Source: Wolbachia endosymbiont strain TRS of Brugia malayi (GTDB taxonomy: Bacteria; Pseudomonadota; Alphaproteobacteria; Rickettsiales; Anaplasmataceae). Taken from it: 32,000 nucleotides of DNA. Under the pieces are notes generated by a model. That model was not told the origin of the DNA, did not search any database, and saw only the letters and a list, made by a program, of their open reading frames with translations. Below are positions 1 to 9,300 of the stretch, in pieces; within the stretch, counting starts at the first letter, position 1, and the number at the start of each line of letters is the position of its first letter. The translations under genes and the position numbers were made by a program. The stretch is taken from assembly GCF_000008385.1 (NCBI RefSeq), contig NC_006833.1:60001-92000 (forward strand). The letters are read 5' to 3'.

Positions 1-1318
1 TGGAAGGTATAGTAGCACAACTGCGTTCTATTTTTAATGACCTTGAGTACGAAAACCTGTGTAAAATACTCACTTAAAAAAGAAACTTACTTGGATAAAA
101 CGGCATTTAATTTCAAAAGGGTGCTAGCGGTCAAAAGTGCCGGTGTGCCGGAAGTAAATTTTTGCGACAATGTAAGATGTGTATATCCACACAATAATTT
201 GTTTTCACATGTGCTTGGCTACACTGATATAGATGGCAAGGGCATTGCTGGAGTTGAGGTATACATAAATAAGACTGGAATCCAGCCTCACGCTACTCGA
301 ATGACACCTGGTGAATATGTTCAACTATCCTTAGATACATGAGTGCAAGGTATAGTACATGAAGAACTAACTAAGGCTGTAAATGGATGTCAGGTACTTG
401 GTGGAGTAGGACTTGTTTTAAATGTGAAAAATAAGCAAGATCATTTCAGTGGTCAGCTTGCCTGATTTTGATTCCGATCTGCAAAATAAAGCGAAAAAGA
501 AGTATAAGAGTTTAGTCTCGTTAGTCTTGGAGTGTATGAGATGGGATCAGTGTTAAAATTTTTTACAATAGCTGCAACGCTTGATGCAAACGTTGTAAAA
601 ACTAGTGATTTGTATGACGTATCAAAGCCAATCACAATTGGAAAGTGTAAAATTTAGGATTTTCATAAATCTGAAGTCAAAAAAATTACCAAGATATATT
701 TGTGAAATTATACAACATTAGTGCAGCAAAAGTTGCAGCCGAGTTAGGTACTGAGAAGCAAGTAGAATACTTTAAAACTATGAAACTTTTTTCTACTTTG
801 AAAATGAAATACTAGAGAAATCTACACCAATAACCCCGTATAAATAGAGTGAAAGCACTTTAATAACGGCATCTTGCGGTTATGGAAAGATGTAACCCAG
901 ATCCATCTTGTATAGACTGCAGCCGCATTAATCAGCAGTGGGATATTTCACAATGCAACTTTGATGTTAAATAAAGGAAGTATAGGAGAGCAGATTATTG
1001 CAAGAAGCGCTTACTGAGAAGTAAGAAAATTATTATGTGCAGCAGTAACAAATAGGATAGGTAGGAGAACAAGCATAAAAGCGTATTTGATAGGAGATAA
1101 AACTGTATCAGCAGAAAAAGTTGTAAACGATAAATACAACAAGAATGCAAACATAACATCATTTATAGGAGTGCTAACTACAGTTAACCCAGATATATAG
1201 TGCTAATTGTTATTAATGAACCTCAGGTCATACACCACACCTGAGGAATAATCACTACACCTATAGCTAAGAATATTATAAATAAAATAGCACCTATACT
1301 TAAATGTTACACCTGAGA
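1..1318 (+). pseudogene. Penicillin-binding protein 2 / FtsI-type peptidoglycan D,D-transpeptidase, degraded; the 5' end lies outside the window
   Basis: Plus-strand translation gives recognisable class-B PBP blocks broken by many stops and at least two frame changes. These are ..VYPHNNLFSHVLGYTDIDGKGIAGVE.., ..GGVGLVLNVKNKQDH.., ..YEMGSVLKFFTIAATLD.. (SxxK box), ..LYNISAAKVAAELGTEKQVEYF.. (SxN box, other frame), ..ASCGYGK / DVTQIHLV*TAAALISSG.. (split across two frames), ..GDKTVSAEK.. (decayed KTG box) and ..VLIVINEPQ..GIITTPIAKNIINKIAPIL. Only a 101-aa ORF (37..342) survives. Confidence 0.8.
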
Positions 1319-1326
1319 TGCAAGAA

Positions 1327-1674
1327 TTATGATTTCTTTATTAAAATTTTAAGTTTATAATCTTGTTCATTTTTATCAATACAAAGAAACCCATCTTTTG
1401 TTGCACTGCAATTTTCAGGGGCGATGTCTAAATTAATTTTTTTGCCACTGTCATCCATACTCAAATGAACTCTTGGTTCAAAAAAGTCAATTATGTTAGC
1501 CTCAAATTTCTTTGTTATCTTTCTATCCGGAGAAACCAGATTAAATTCCCGAATATTGCTTAGGTCAATATTTCCTATATAATTACTACACCCACTGTCT
1601 GTGCAATATGAACTCTCAACTATATAGCCTTCACTTGGAACTTCTGTAAAAAAATTCCATAAATCACTTGACAT
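1327..1674 (-). CDS. Hypothetical protein, 115 aa, no recognisable family
   Basis: Intact ATG-initiated ORF from the track, same strand as downstream elbB. No motif recognised and no signal peptide. Contains 4 Cys. Confidence 0.45.
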   Translation of the reverse strand: MSSDLWNFFTEVPSEGYIVESSYCTDSGCSNYIGNIDLSNIREFNLVSPDRKITKKFEANIIDFFEPRVHLSMDDSGKKINLDIAPENCSATKDGFLCIDKNEQDYKLKILIKKS

Positions 1675-1802
1675 ACAAAATACCCTTAATATTTACCACT
1701 TGAAGAAGTATATATACTTTTTAAGTATATGTAACCATAATACATCTCAAAATACAAAGTTCAACAGTTAATTGTGTGAAAGATAAAATTGCTAATGGCT
1801 AC

Positions 1803-2495
1803 TTAAATCCTTTTATTAGTTTTTTTCACCATGCTGTCAATCATGTGTTTTATTCCTTGATATACAGAATATGTACTTTCGTCTCTACGCATATAAGCAG
1901 AACAGGAAAACACATTATGTTCTTCGTCTTCTATTGATAACCCTGTGTCACATTTTATGTGCTCACCACCTAGCTTTTCTATCAACTTTTCTCTGTCATC
2001 TCCTATAGTAACCTTAATCTTACTTTCTCCTTTACTTGTTTTACTACTTAAAATAGAAACAATTATTGCTGGAGATATACATATAGCTCCTATTGGTTTT
2101 TTTGTAGCAAAAAATTCTGAAACTAATCTCTCAAATTCGGGTATTACTGTTACCACTTCTTTATCTTCAGCTAAGTCAGATAGATTTTTTGCAACTCCAT
2201 ATCCACCAGGTACAACTAACATGTCAAAATCTTCGGCTTTGGCTTCTTTTAGGTCACATATTTCGCTTCTTGCAACTCTTGCTGCTTCCACGAGTACATT
2301 TCTTTTTTCTTTTACTGCTTCTGTTGTTTTATGGTTCACAACTTGTGTAATATTGATATCAGGTGCAAAGCATTTGACCTCCACTTCCTGCTGATCAAGT
2401 ACAAGCAGACTTAAAACCACTTCTCTCACTTCTGCACCATCAAGATGACCGCATCCTGATAAAACCACAGCAGCTTTTAATTTTTTTTCACCCAT
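1803..2495 (-). CDS. elbB: ElbB-type DJ-1/PfpI-superfamily protein (isoprenoid biosynthesis / glyoxalase ElbB-like)
   Basis: The ORF 1803..2513 aligns along its length, from memory, with E. coli ElbB: KAAVVLSGCGHLDGAEVREVVLSLL.., ..CFAPD.., ..RNVLVEAARVARSEI.., ..DMLVVPGGYGVAKNLS.., ..PIGAICISPA... An internal ATG at 2495 (MGEKKLKAAVV) fits the family N-terminus better than the 2513 ATG and has a weak AAGG upstream. Confidence 0.85.
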   Translation of the reverse strand: MGEKKLKAAVVLSGCGHLDGAEVREVVLSLLVLDQQEVEVKCFAPDINITQVVNHKTTEAVKEKRNVLVEAARVARSEICDLKEAKAEDFDMLVVPGGYGVAKNLSDLAEDKEVVTVIPEFERLVSEFFATKKPIGAICISPAIIVSILSSKTSKGESKIKVTIGDDREKLIEKLGGEHIKCDTGLSIEDEEHNVFSCSAYMRRDESTYSVYQGIKHMIDSMVKKTNKRI

Positions 2496-2637
2496 AGAGT
2501 ACCTTGATTTCATATAATTTAGGTATTGTAATACAAATTCTATGTTTGGAAAGGGGTAATTATATTAATTATTTTGTATTAGTTATAATACAATTAATAT
2601 GTATAATTAGACATACTTATAATTGATGGAGTTTGGT

Positions 2638-3586
2638 ATGGCGCCTAAAAAGGGAGAAGAACCTCTATTAGAGTAAGATAAATTAGAAGAAACTGTTTCG
2701 AGTGTAGTAAAAATAATTGCGCAATCCTCACAGGGGAAAAAAGCAGTTTATTTGAAGCTCTATCAGAACAAGTTGGAAAGATGGATTTTAATGGTTTGGG
2801 TTTAGCAATTGATTGCCAAGGTTTGCAAAAGGAAGTGAATAAAGAATTGTTTATAAAATTGATTGAAGGAGCACTTATAAAATCCAACTTTTGAAAAGCC
2901 ACTTAGAGGTAATAGAGGGTATTCTAAAATCTGTTGAACATGAGACGATAAGTAATATTATAAATAGTAATAAAGGCCCGTTAGGTAATCTTAACTATTT
3001 TAAATCAGCATCTGCAAATGAAAAAATTGCAATGGCTTCTGCTGGGGTGGTATTGTGAAAGTGACGTTTTCTCCACTTATTATGTTTGCCACATTAATGA
3101 TGCTTGTAGCTGTTAGAGCGGATTATACAGGGATAAGGATAAGAAAAGCTGTGAAAAAATAAAGGAATGGGTGATTGAAGTAGGGAAAGCGATGAAAAAT
3201 TTACTTAAAGATTTTATCAATCAATTACCTGAAGTTCGAGCAAGAGAGAATAATTTCGGTAGGTTATATAGGAAGTTGTCTAAATCTATTTATAGATACT
3301 GGTAAGTCAGAGAAAGAAGGTGAGGTAAAGAATGCTCGAAATAAGGCAAAGGTAATAGAAATGCTTCAAAACAAGGGACAACAGTCGGCTATAAAAGAGT
3401 TAATAAAGGATGGAACATTGATTTTCCAAAGGAAGAAGAGAATATTATGGACAGACTTGTAAAAAAGGGTTACAGTACTCATGAGAAGAATAATATGGCA
3501 GTACTTAAGGAGCTTATGGAGAAATTTCTACCTGCAATTATGGCCATTATTAACAACATAGAAGAGGTAAAAGAAAAAGTTAATTA
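2638..3586 (+). pseudogene. Degraded gene of unknown function
   Basis: Plus-strand reading shows coding-like stretches in shifting frames separated by stops. These include MAPKKGEEPLLE*, ..SLFEALSEQVGKMDFNGLGLAIDCQGLQKEVNKELFIKLIEGALIKSNF*, ..KIKEWVIEVGKAMKNLLKDFINQLPEVRARENNFGRLYRKLSKSIYRYW* and ..KEEENIMDRLVKKGYSTHEKNNMAVLKELMEKFLPAIMAIINNIEEVKEKVN*. No ORF of 60 aa or more exists on this strand. The 85-aa minus-strand ORF 2645..2902 looks like a shadow. Confidence 0.35.
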
Positions 3587-3710
3587 GAAGGTAAGAAAGA
3601 AGCCACTTTCTACAATAGAGAGTCTAAGTTCTAAGTGAGTGGGTACAAGAGGACAATTCAAGCACCAATGGCTTTGTTGCATACTCATTAACACCAAAAA
3701 AAAAGCTGTT

Positions 3711-5054
3711 CTACTTCCTGCTTAACATATCCATTAAGTCAGATTCTTTGAATTTGCTATGGTCAACTTTGCTGAATTTATTAACCATTGCGCTCATTTG
3801 ATCATATTGCTTAATTAAAAGATTGACATCTGGTACTCTTGTACCAGAGCCCTTCGCGATTCTAAGCCTCCTCTTGCCATTTAAAATATTCGGATCTTGC
3901 CTTTCTTTTTCAGTCATCGAATTTATGATAGCTATATATTTTTTCACTTTACTATCATCGGGCACTCCGCTACTTAGCTTTTTTGTAAATGAGCTTGGAA
4001 TGAATTTCATTATATTGCTGATACCGTCCATTTTTTTTAGCGTTTTTAGCATTCTTACCAAGTCATTTAAGTCAAGTCTGCCTTTTTTTACTTTCTTTTG
4101 TAGTTTGTCAAATTCTTCCTGACCAACGATTTCGGCAGCTCTTTCAACCAATGAGATAACATCACCCATATCGAGTATCCTTTTTGCAATTCTATCGGGG
4201 TAAAAATCATCAAGGTCGCTTAGCTTTTCACCACAGGCAATGAACTTAATTGGGCAGTTAGTTACCATTTTCATAGAAAGGGCAGCGCCGCCACGTGCGT
4301 CACCATCAACACGGGTGAGAATAATACCGGTTACACCTATTGTTTCGTTAAATGATTTGGCTATGTTTACTGCATCCTGGCCAATCATCGCATCGGCTAC
4401 TAAAATAACTTCTGCAGGTGAAGCTATTTTCTTCACAGTTTTCAACTCATTCATCATATTGTCGTCTATGTGAAGTCTACCCGCGGTATCTAGTATCAGC
4501 ACATCATAATTATCGTTTTTTGCTGCCGCCAGTGCCCTTTTTGTAATTGCAGTAGGCTTCTCATCCGTTACTGTAGATAAAGTTTGTATGTCTATTTGTT
4601 TTCCAAGCACTTCAAGTTGTTTCTGGGCAGCAGGCCTGTAAATGTCCAAAGAGGCAAGCATCACTTTTTTCTTTTGTTTTTTTAGCTTTAAAGCAAGCTT
4701 TCCTGAGGTGGTTGTTTTACCTGCACCTTGCAAGCCTACCATCATGATTACAGCAGGAGGGTTGGCTCCTAGATTTAGATCACTTTTCTCCAGTCCAAGA
4801 ATTGTAATTAAATTATCCTGCACGACTTTGATTATCATTTGTGCGGGAGAAACGCTTTTTATGACTTTTTCTCCTATTACTTTATCTTTAATGTCGTTGA
4901 TAAATTTTTTTGCGACTTCAAGAGAAACATCAGCTTCAATTAAAGCTATGCGTATTTCACGTATAGCAAGGTTGAAGTCATCTTCAGAAATGATAGACTT
5001 TCCCTTGAGCTTATTAAATACAGAATTTAAACTTTCGGTTAATGATTTAAACAT
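3711..5054 (-). CDS. ffh: Signal recognition particle protein Ffh (SRP54 family GTPase)
   Basis: 447-aa ORF with the N domain, a G domain (GLQGAGKTTTSGKLA, DTAGRL, TRVDGDARGGAALS) and a Met-rich M domain at the C-terminus. Confidence 0.97.
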   Translation of the reverse strand: MFKSLTESLNSVFNKLKGKSIISEDDFNLAIREIRIALIEADVSLEVAKKFINDIKDKVIGEKVIKSVSPAQMIIKVVQDNLITILGLEKSDLNLGANPPAVIMMVGLQGAGKTTTSGKLALKLKKQKKKVMLASLDIYRPAAQKQLEVLGKQIDIQTLSTVTDEKPTAITKRALAAAKNDNYDVLILDTAGRLHIDDNMMNELKTVKKIASPAEVILVADAMIGQDAVNIAKSFNETIGVTGIILTRVDGDARGGAALSMKMVTNCPIKFIACGEKLSDLDDFYPDRIAKRILDMGDVISLVERAAEIVGQEEFDKLQKKVKKGRLDLNDLVRMLKTLKKMDGISNIMKFIPSSFTKKLSSGVPDDSKVKKYIAIINSMTEKERQDPNILNGKRRLRIAKGSGTRVPDVNLLIKQYDQMSAMVNKFSKVDHSKFKESDLMDMLSRK

Positions 5055-6589
5055 AGCAGCACTAACAAAATACTCATCAAAAAAAGAGAAGAAGCTGAAA
5101 TAAAACTCACTGAATCATAACTTAGCGCTTCTTTAAGTTTATTAGCATTATTAAAGTATAAATTAGTGAGTGAATTAGTCAAGTTTTGCAGTGCACCAGC
5201 AGATATTTTCCTCATTTTGAAAATTAATTTATTGAACAGTGAAACAACATAGGGTATGAGAGCTCTAAAAATCCAATCGATATCCATTTTAAGATTTATT
5301 CTTGGCAAAAATAACTTACGTAAAGGAATAAATAGCAAAGTAACACATAGTAGTAAATTAAGTTGTGACCAGATGTTTTTTGTGTTATACGCAAGGTTAA
5401 AAATCGAGGGCTTGTTGTAAATAGGCAGGTAAGGATTGCCAGCGATCACGCATATAGATGCTAAAATAATCATAGCTACTCCTCCCCCCTTCTCTGCTAA
5501 AAGTTTGGACCTGCTTTTGGTAATAAATATATAATAAAGAAACTTGAGCCCCACACTTAAATAAAGTGATAAATTCAAAATCTTGTGTAAGTTTTTATAC
5601 AATTCTAAGTTAGTACCATTCATTTTAATTTCGACTGCAATGTATGATTTGCTGATAAATCCAGCAGTTCCTGGAAATGCAGCCATTGTTAGTATTGCGA
5701 TCAAAGCATATATTCCTTCCGCTGACATGAATTTACCCACTCTATTAAAATTTACTGCTTTTGTCCGCAAGATAATCGAGTTAGCAACAGCGGTGAGCAA
5801 TAATTGATAGACAATGGAGAAAATTATGTTAAGTATAAGTAGTGGTATGGCATTTTTTGAATGGCTAAGCAGACTCCCTGTCATAATTAGTATGCCCATT
5901 TGTCCTACGACGTTGTAGGCTAAAAATCTACGGATATTTTGTTCAAGGGAAGTAAATATAATACCATAAATTGCAGTGATAGTACCCAAGAATGCTAATA
6001 TTTCAGCGTGATCTTGCCAAAGGTTGTAGGTATGTAAAAGTGCTATTAAAAAAGAAATCTTAGTAGTAAATAGGGAAAGGTATGATGCACCGTGCAATGA
6101 CGCAGCAGGGTATGCGTCAACAACCCAGAATGAAAAAGGAAAACAAGCACAAATTATTAATAAACCCATGATTATTAAATTAGGATTTTGAATCGCTAAC
6201 CCTGCTGTTAGTATAATCCCGACAAAAAAGTGTACGCAAGCGTATCTTATTGCAGGTCCATTATCTTTGCAGCCGGCTGCAATAATAAAAGATGCGCTGA
6301 TGGCCATTAATTCACAGAATATTATAACCGATATTATCTGCTTAGATAATATTGCACATAGTGAACTAATAGTGTAGGCAAAAAAAGATAGCATTTCTGA
6401 AAAGCTAAAATTTTTTGCTGGTAAGACAATTAAAAATGCAACTGATAAAAAAGATATTAGTATGATGCGAAAGGATAAATCAAAATTTAGAACTGGATAA
6501 GACCAATTTACTGTGACTTCAGGTAGTTTTAGAACTATAACCATTAATATAGTCAGCAGAAATAACAGTGAAGATTTGTAAAGTTGCAC
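5039..6589 (-). CDS. Polytopic proton-conducting membrane subunit, Proton_antipo_M family (MrpD/MnhD-like; a NuoL/M/N-like relationship cannot be excluded)
   Basis: 516-aa highly hydrophobic ORF with a GTG start. It has a family-like core (..RRFLAYNVVGQMGILIM.., many TM helices). Its stop overlaps the ffh start by 16 nt. Confidence 0.75.
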   Translation of the reverse strand: MQLYKSSLLFLLTILMVIVLKLPEVTVNWSYPVLNFDLSFRIILISFLSVAFLIVLPAKNFSFSEMLSFFAYTISSLCAILSKQIISVIIFCELMAISASFIIAAGCKDNGPAIRYACVHFFVGIILTAGLAIQNPNLIIMGLLIICACFPFSFWVVDAYPAASLHGASYLSLFTTKISFLIALLHTYNLWQDHAEILAFLGTITAIYGIIFTSLEQNIRRFLAYNVVGQMGILIMTGSLLSHSKNAIPLLILNIIFSIVYQLLLTAVANSIILRTKAVNFNRVGKFMSAEGIYALIAILTMAAFPGTAGFISKSYIAVEIKMNGTNLELYKNLHKILNLSLYLSVGLKFLYYIFITKSRSKLLAEKGGGVAMIILASICVIAGNPYLPIYNKPSIFNLAYNTKNIWSQLNLLLCVTLLFIPLRKLFLPRINLKMDIDWIFRALIPYVVSLFNKLIFKMRKISAGALQNLTNSLTNLYFNNANKLKEALSYDSVSFISASSLFLMSILLVLLCLNH

Positions 6590-6719
6590 GATGATTTAAA
6601 CTAATGTAGTTTATACTACCTTAATGTATAAGCAAAATCAATTTGCTTGTAGTTACTCTTAACTACTAATTAAACTAATTATCATATAATTATATCAGGG
6701 TTAAGGGGTTATAGGAGAA

Positions 6720-6752
6720 CGGTCAGATTAGGTTTGTAATCTAACCTGACCG
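6720..6752. repeat. Isolated 15-bp-stem hairpin (one mismatch, one G-T pair, 3-nt loop) in the intergenic region upstream of the antiporter gene
   Basis: cggtcagattaggtt-tgt-aatctaacctgaccg, paired by hand. No T-tract on either side, so it is not a canonical intrinsic terminator. Confidence 0.5.
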
Positions 6753-7024
6753 ATAGCTTTAATAGTGAGGTAAGCTTTAATATAGCATCCTCGATTTGTA
6801 GTGCTACACTCGTGTACAATTCGTTTTAAATTTGTGCAGGAGTGTTAGTAGATTATTTACTTTTTGAAATAAAATTTAGCATTAATTTTTTATGGCTAAC
6901 ATAAAATCCTTGCTGTTTTCTGTGTTGCCTATATTAAAATAATTATTATAGCATGAAGTTATTAATAATATATATTTTAGCATAGCAGATACAGAAAAGG
7001 ATGGTGAAATAGCAGCAGTTTGAC

Positions 7025-7047
7025 AGTGTCATTCCAGTGCGTGACTC
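7025..7047. repeat. Intergenic partial copy of the palindromic repeat family that is also found inside the 1111-aa ORF
   Basis: agtgtcattccagtgcgtgac matches the gtcattccagt..(loop)..actgg(a/g)atgac cores at 9671-9700, 11721-11745 and 12361-12390. Confidence 0.5.
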
Positions 7048-7358
7048 ACAACTGTACGAACATTGGGTTTGATAGACTAGGATTCAAGTAGCTGATATAG
7101 GAACGAAAAATTTACTTAACACACTTTGCCAGCTCTCTTAATTATGGTAATAGGGCTATTTTATATAACTTCTAATTTGTGCAGATTAAATGACAAGAAG
7201 ATTTTACATTTGGTGTACTGTTGTTTAATTTTTGCACTATATATACTGTAAGATTTCTAAATTAAAAAGCTTTTTAGACATCATCCAACATCAAGTTTTT
7301 AAAATTAAAGAGTTAGTGACTAGCTACTACTGGTCTTTTTACTTTTTTTCTGCTTAGT

Positions 7359-7394
7359 AAATTTCTTAAATATTTAAGCTAAGGTTAGTTACGG
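7359..7394 (+). repeat. About 36-bp motif (contains the perfect palindrome cttaaatatttaag) directly abutting the left end of IS remnant 1
   Basis: aaatttcttaaatatttaagctaaggttagttacgg is a near-direct repeat of 8544-8582. Related copies lie at 21301-21330 (inverted) and 28218-28247. Confidence 0.55.
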
Positions 7395-7398
7395 GTTA

Positions 7399-8550
7399 AA
7401 AGCAGCTAAAAAGATGTTCTACCCTTTTTCAAAATTTTTACATTAGTTGATAAAATCGTAAATCATCTACCAAATTTTATTTTTTTGCTTTTGTACCACA
7501 AATACTCTGTTATTGAGTGACTTGAGCGCCTGGCCAATTTTGCTCACTTCAATATTTTTACTATACGCAAATCTTTGAAAATCTCTTGTCAAATGTGTCC
7601 AACATATCTATCTATTTTCAAACTAAAATAATTGTACGCAGCGTATTGTTGCTTACAACTATGCCATTGTATTCTGGCAGTAAACTTTGCAACACCTTCT
7701 TGCCACGAGACTCGGTCATCTTTAGAAGTGTCAGAGCGCTTTGTTGTTATTACCCAACCCAGCCTCTTTCTCCTTGATTTCTGTGCTATGTTTCATCTAT
7801 ATGCAGGTTTCTTTCAATTCTTCCTTCATTTTCTCATATTCAGATGCGCATCTTTTGATACTCTGTGCTCAGTCTTTGATACTAAACTAAGACTTATATT
7901 GAGGTTAAATATACTGCTTAAAATTTGTTGTACTTTTCTTTTCGAGTTAATAAAAAAGCCACTTAGGCTGCTAATTGTTGTTTTAGCATTGAACCCTAGA
8001 GGACCTCTTGAAACCCCCATGGTTAAACTAGCTGAACCCTTCCTATCACAAGCTCTGTAATAGTTTCTTTGCAACCTGTACTCAGTTACGATTGGTTTGA
8101 TTTCTGGTAATTCTACCTTTTAATGGACAATTTCATCTTCTAAAACAACCTTATTTCCACACACACAAACCTGATAAAATTGTATAGTCTACTACTATAT
8201 TTGCTACCATCAAATCTCACTTATATACCTTATGCCCTGGCTGACCTCCTGGTTTTTTATCACTTTTCTTTTTTGTTTTTTTGCGATATATATCTTGCGA
8301 TGGTGGTAGAGATGAACTTTTTGAGTTCAGACCCAGTTTATCTTCTAGCTCAATTATTTTTGCTTTTAAGCCATCATTTTCTATAATCAGAGCCTTTATT
8401 TCTTCTTTGAGATTAGCGTTTTTTGATTTGTACGCCACAATCTTTTCTGCAGCCCTGTTATCATACCCACTCTATACTTAGCTTCTCATGTCTTTACACT
8501 TTTACAATCACTTTGTAAATCCCTTATCTCCGTGAACGGTTATAAATTTC
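7399..8550 (-). mobile_element. Degraded IS66-family insertion sequence, copy 1 (transposase pseudogene; boundaries approximate)
   Basis: Minus-strand fragments were found. ORF 8217..8438 reads MAYKSKNANLKEEIKALIIENDGLKAKIIELEDKLGLNSKSSSLPPSQD..KKPGGQPGHK, which is the IS66 TnpC leucine-zipper N-terminus plus the GGQPGH box. ORF 7826..8074 reads ..GVSRGPLGFNAKTTISSLSGFFINSKRKVQQILSSIFNLNISLS... The stretch 7569-7610 is homologous to the ..RQICWTHLSRDF.. region of copy 2. The right end cgtgaacggttataaatttc resembles the copy-2 end gctgaatggatacttttaac. The left end gttaaaag..cagctaa resembles the copy-2 terminal repeat with a deletion. Confidence 0.7.
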
Positions 8551-8582
8551 TTAAACATTTTTAGCTAAAGGCTAGTTATAAC
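8544..8582 (+). repeat. Second copy of the 36-bp motif, at or overlapping the right end of IS remnant 1
   Basis: aaatttcttaaacatttttagctaaaggctagttataac matches roughly 31 of 36 positions by eye against 7359-7394, in the same orientation. Confidence 0.55.
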
Positions 8583-9300
8583 TATGAACCCAAATTTGCT
8601 TTTGTTAAGGTAATCCGCACAACAAATGGTATTATGCCAGCCTTGATACCCTCTCGGTGGAGCAAAATTACAATGTTCGTACAATTATGAACTTAGCCCA
8701 CATTAGTTATAGACTCCAGTATCAAGTGTGTAGTGACAGGAGAGTAGTACATTTGAGTAACAGGTGCTGAAATCAGTAAGCTCTTAAGTAACAGATAGTT
8801 GTATAATGAAGATTAAATTGTAGACCCTGTAAGGAACTGTACTGTATATCAATATCTTCCTGTGTCTTATTTTTATAATCATCCACTAGTGTGTAATTAA
8901 TATTAAACTTATTTAGTCTACGTTAATATTCATTGTAGAGATATTTTTCACCATAATCTTCCACTATGATATTTACGTAGTCAGCACTGTCAATATCAGA
9001 AAGCTTGTTACATATTTTTGAATCTTTAACTACATAGTGTTGTGTAAACTTGCATTCACTGCTGTCGTCTTTACAAAAAGAGAATTTTCTTTTTTAATCA
9101 CTATCTGTGGTAATGATAAATCTATTGCCTTCTTTATCTTTTGCTGAAAACTCATTACTGCTCTTATTTATAGAATATTGTTCCTTTGGAAATGTAAATG
9201 TTAAATGATATGTAATAATACTACCTTAATAAAAAGAGCTATTATAGTGTAGATTTATTATAAATAATATATATTATAGTATAATTAATCTAGAATAAAC

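Noticed and set aside
1221-1246. Hairpin cctcaggt-(10 nt)-acctgagg as a terminator between convergent genes
   Set aside because: There is no adjoining T-tract, and it lies within the decayed 3' coding region of the PBP pseudogene.
1945-2394. 149-aa plus-strand ORF
   Set aside because: It lies entirely antisense to the well-supported elbB gene. Its low-complexity Ser/Leu/Thr-rich product is typical of a shadow ORF.
3823-5103. Three plus-strand ORFs (3823..4122, 4240..4473, 4642..5103)
   Set aside because: All are antisense to ffh and have no motifs. They are shadow ORFs of a strongly supported gene.
7586-8481. Plus-strand ORFs 7586..7777, 7632..8060, 8180..8386 and 8281..8481
   Set aside because: They are antisense to the IS66 transposase remnant, whose minus-strand fragments carry the recognisable motifs.
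8935-9200. Small minus-strand reading frame (..TFTFPKEQYSINKSSNEFSAKDKEGNRFIITTDSD*KRKFSFCKDDSSECKF..DYGEKYLYNEY)
   Set aside because: It is interrupted by a stop, has no start context or recognisable family, and falls below the ORF-track threshold. It may be another gene relic, but the evidence is too thin to call.
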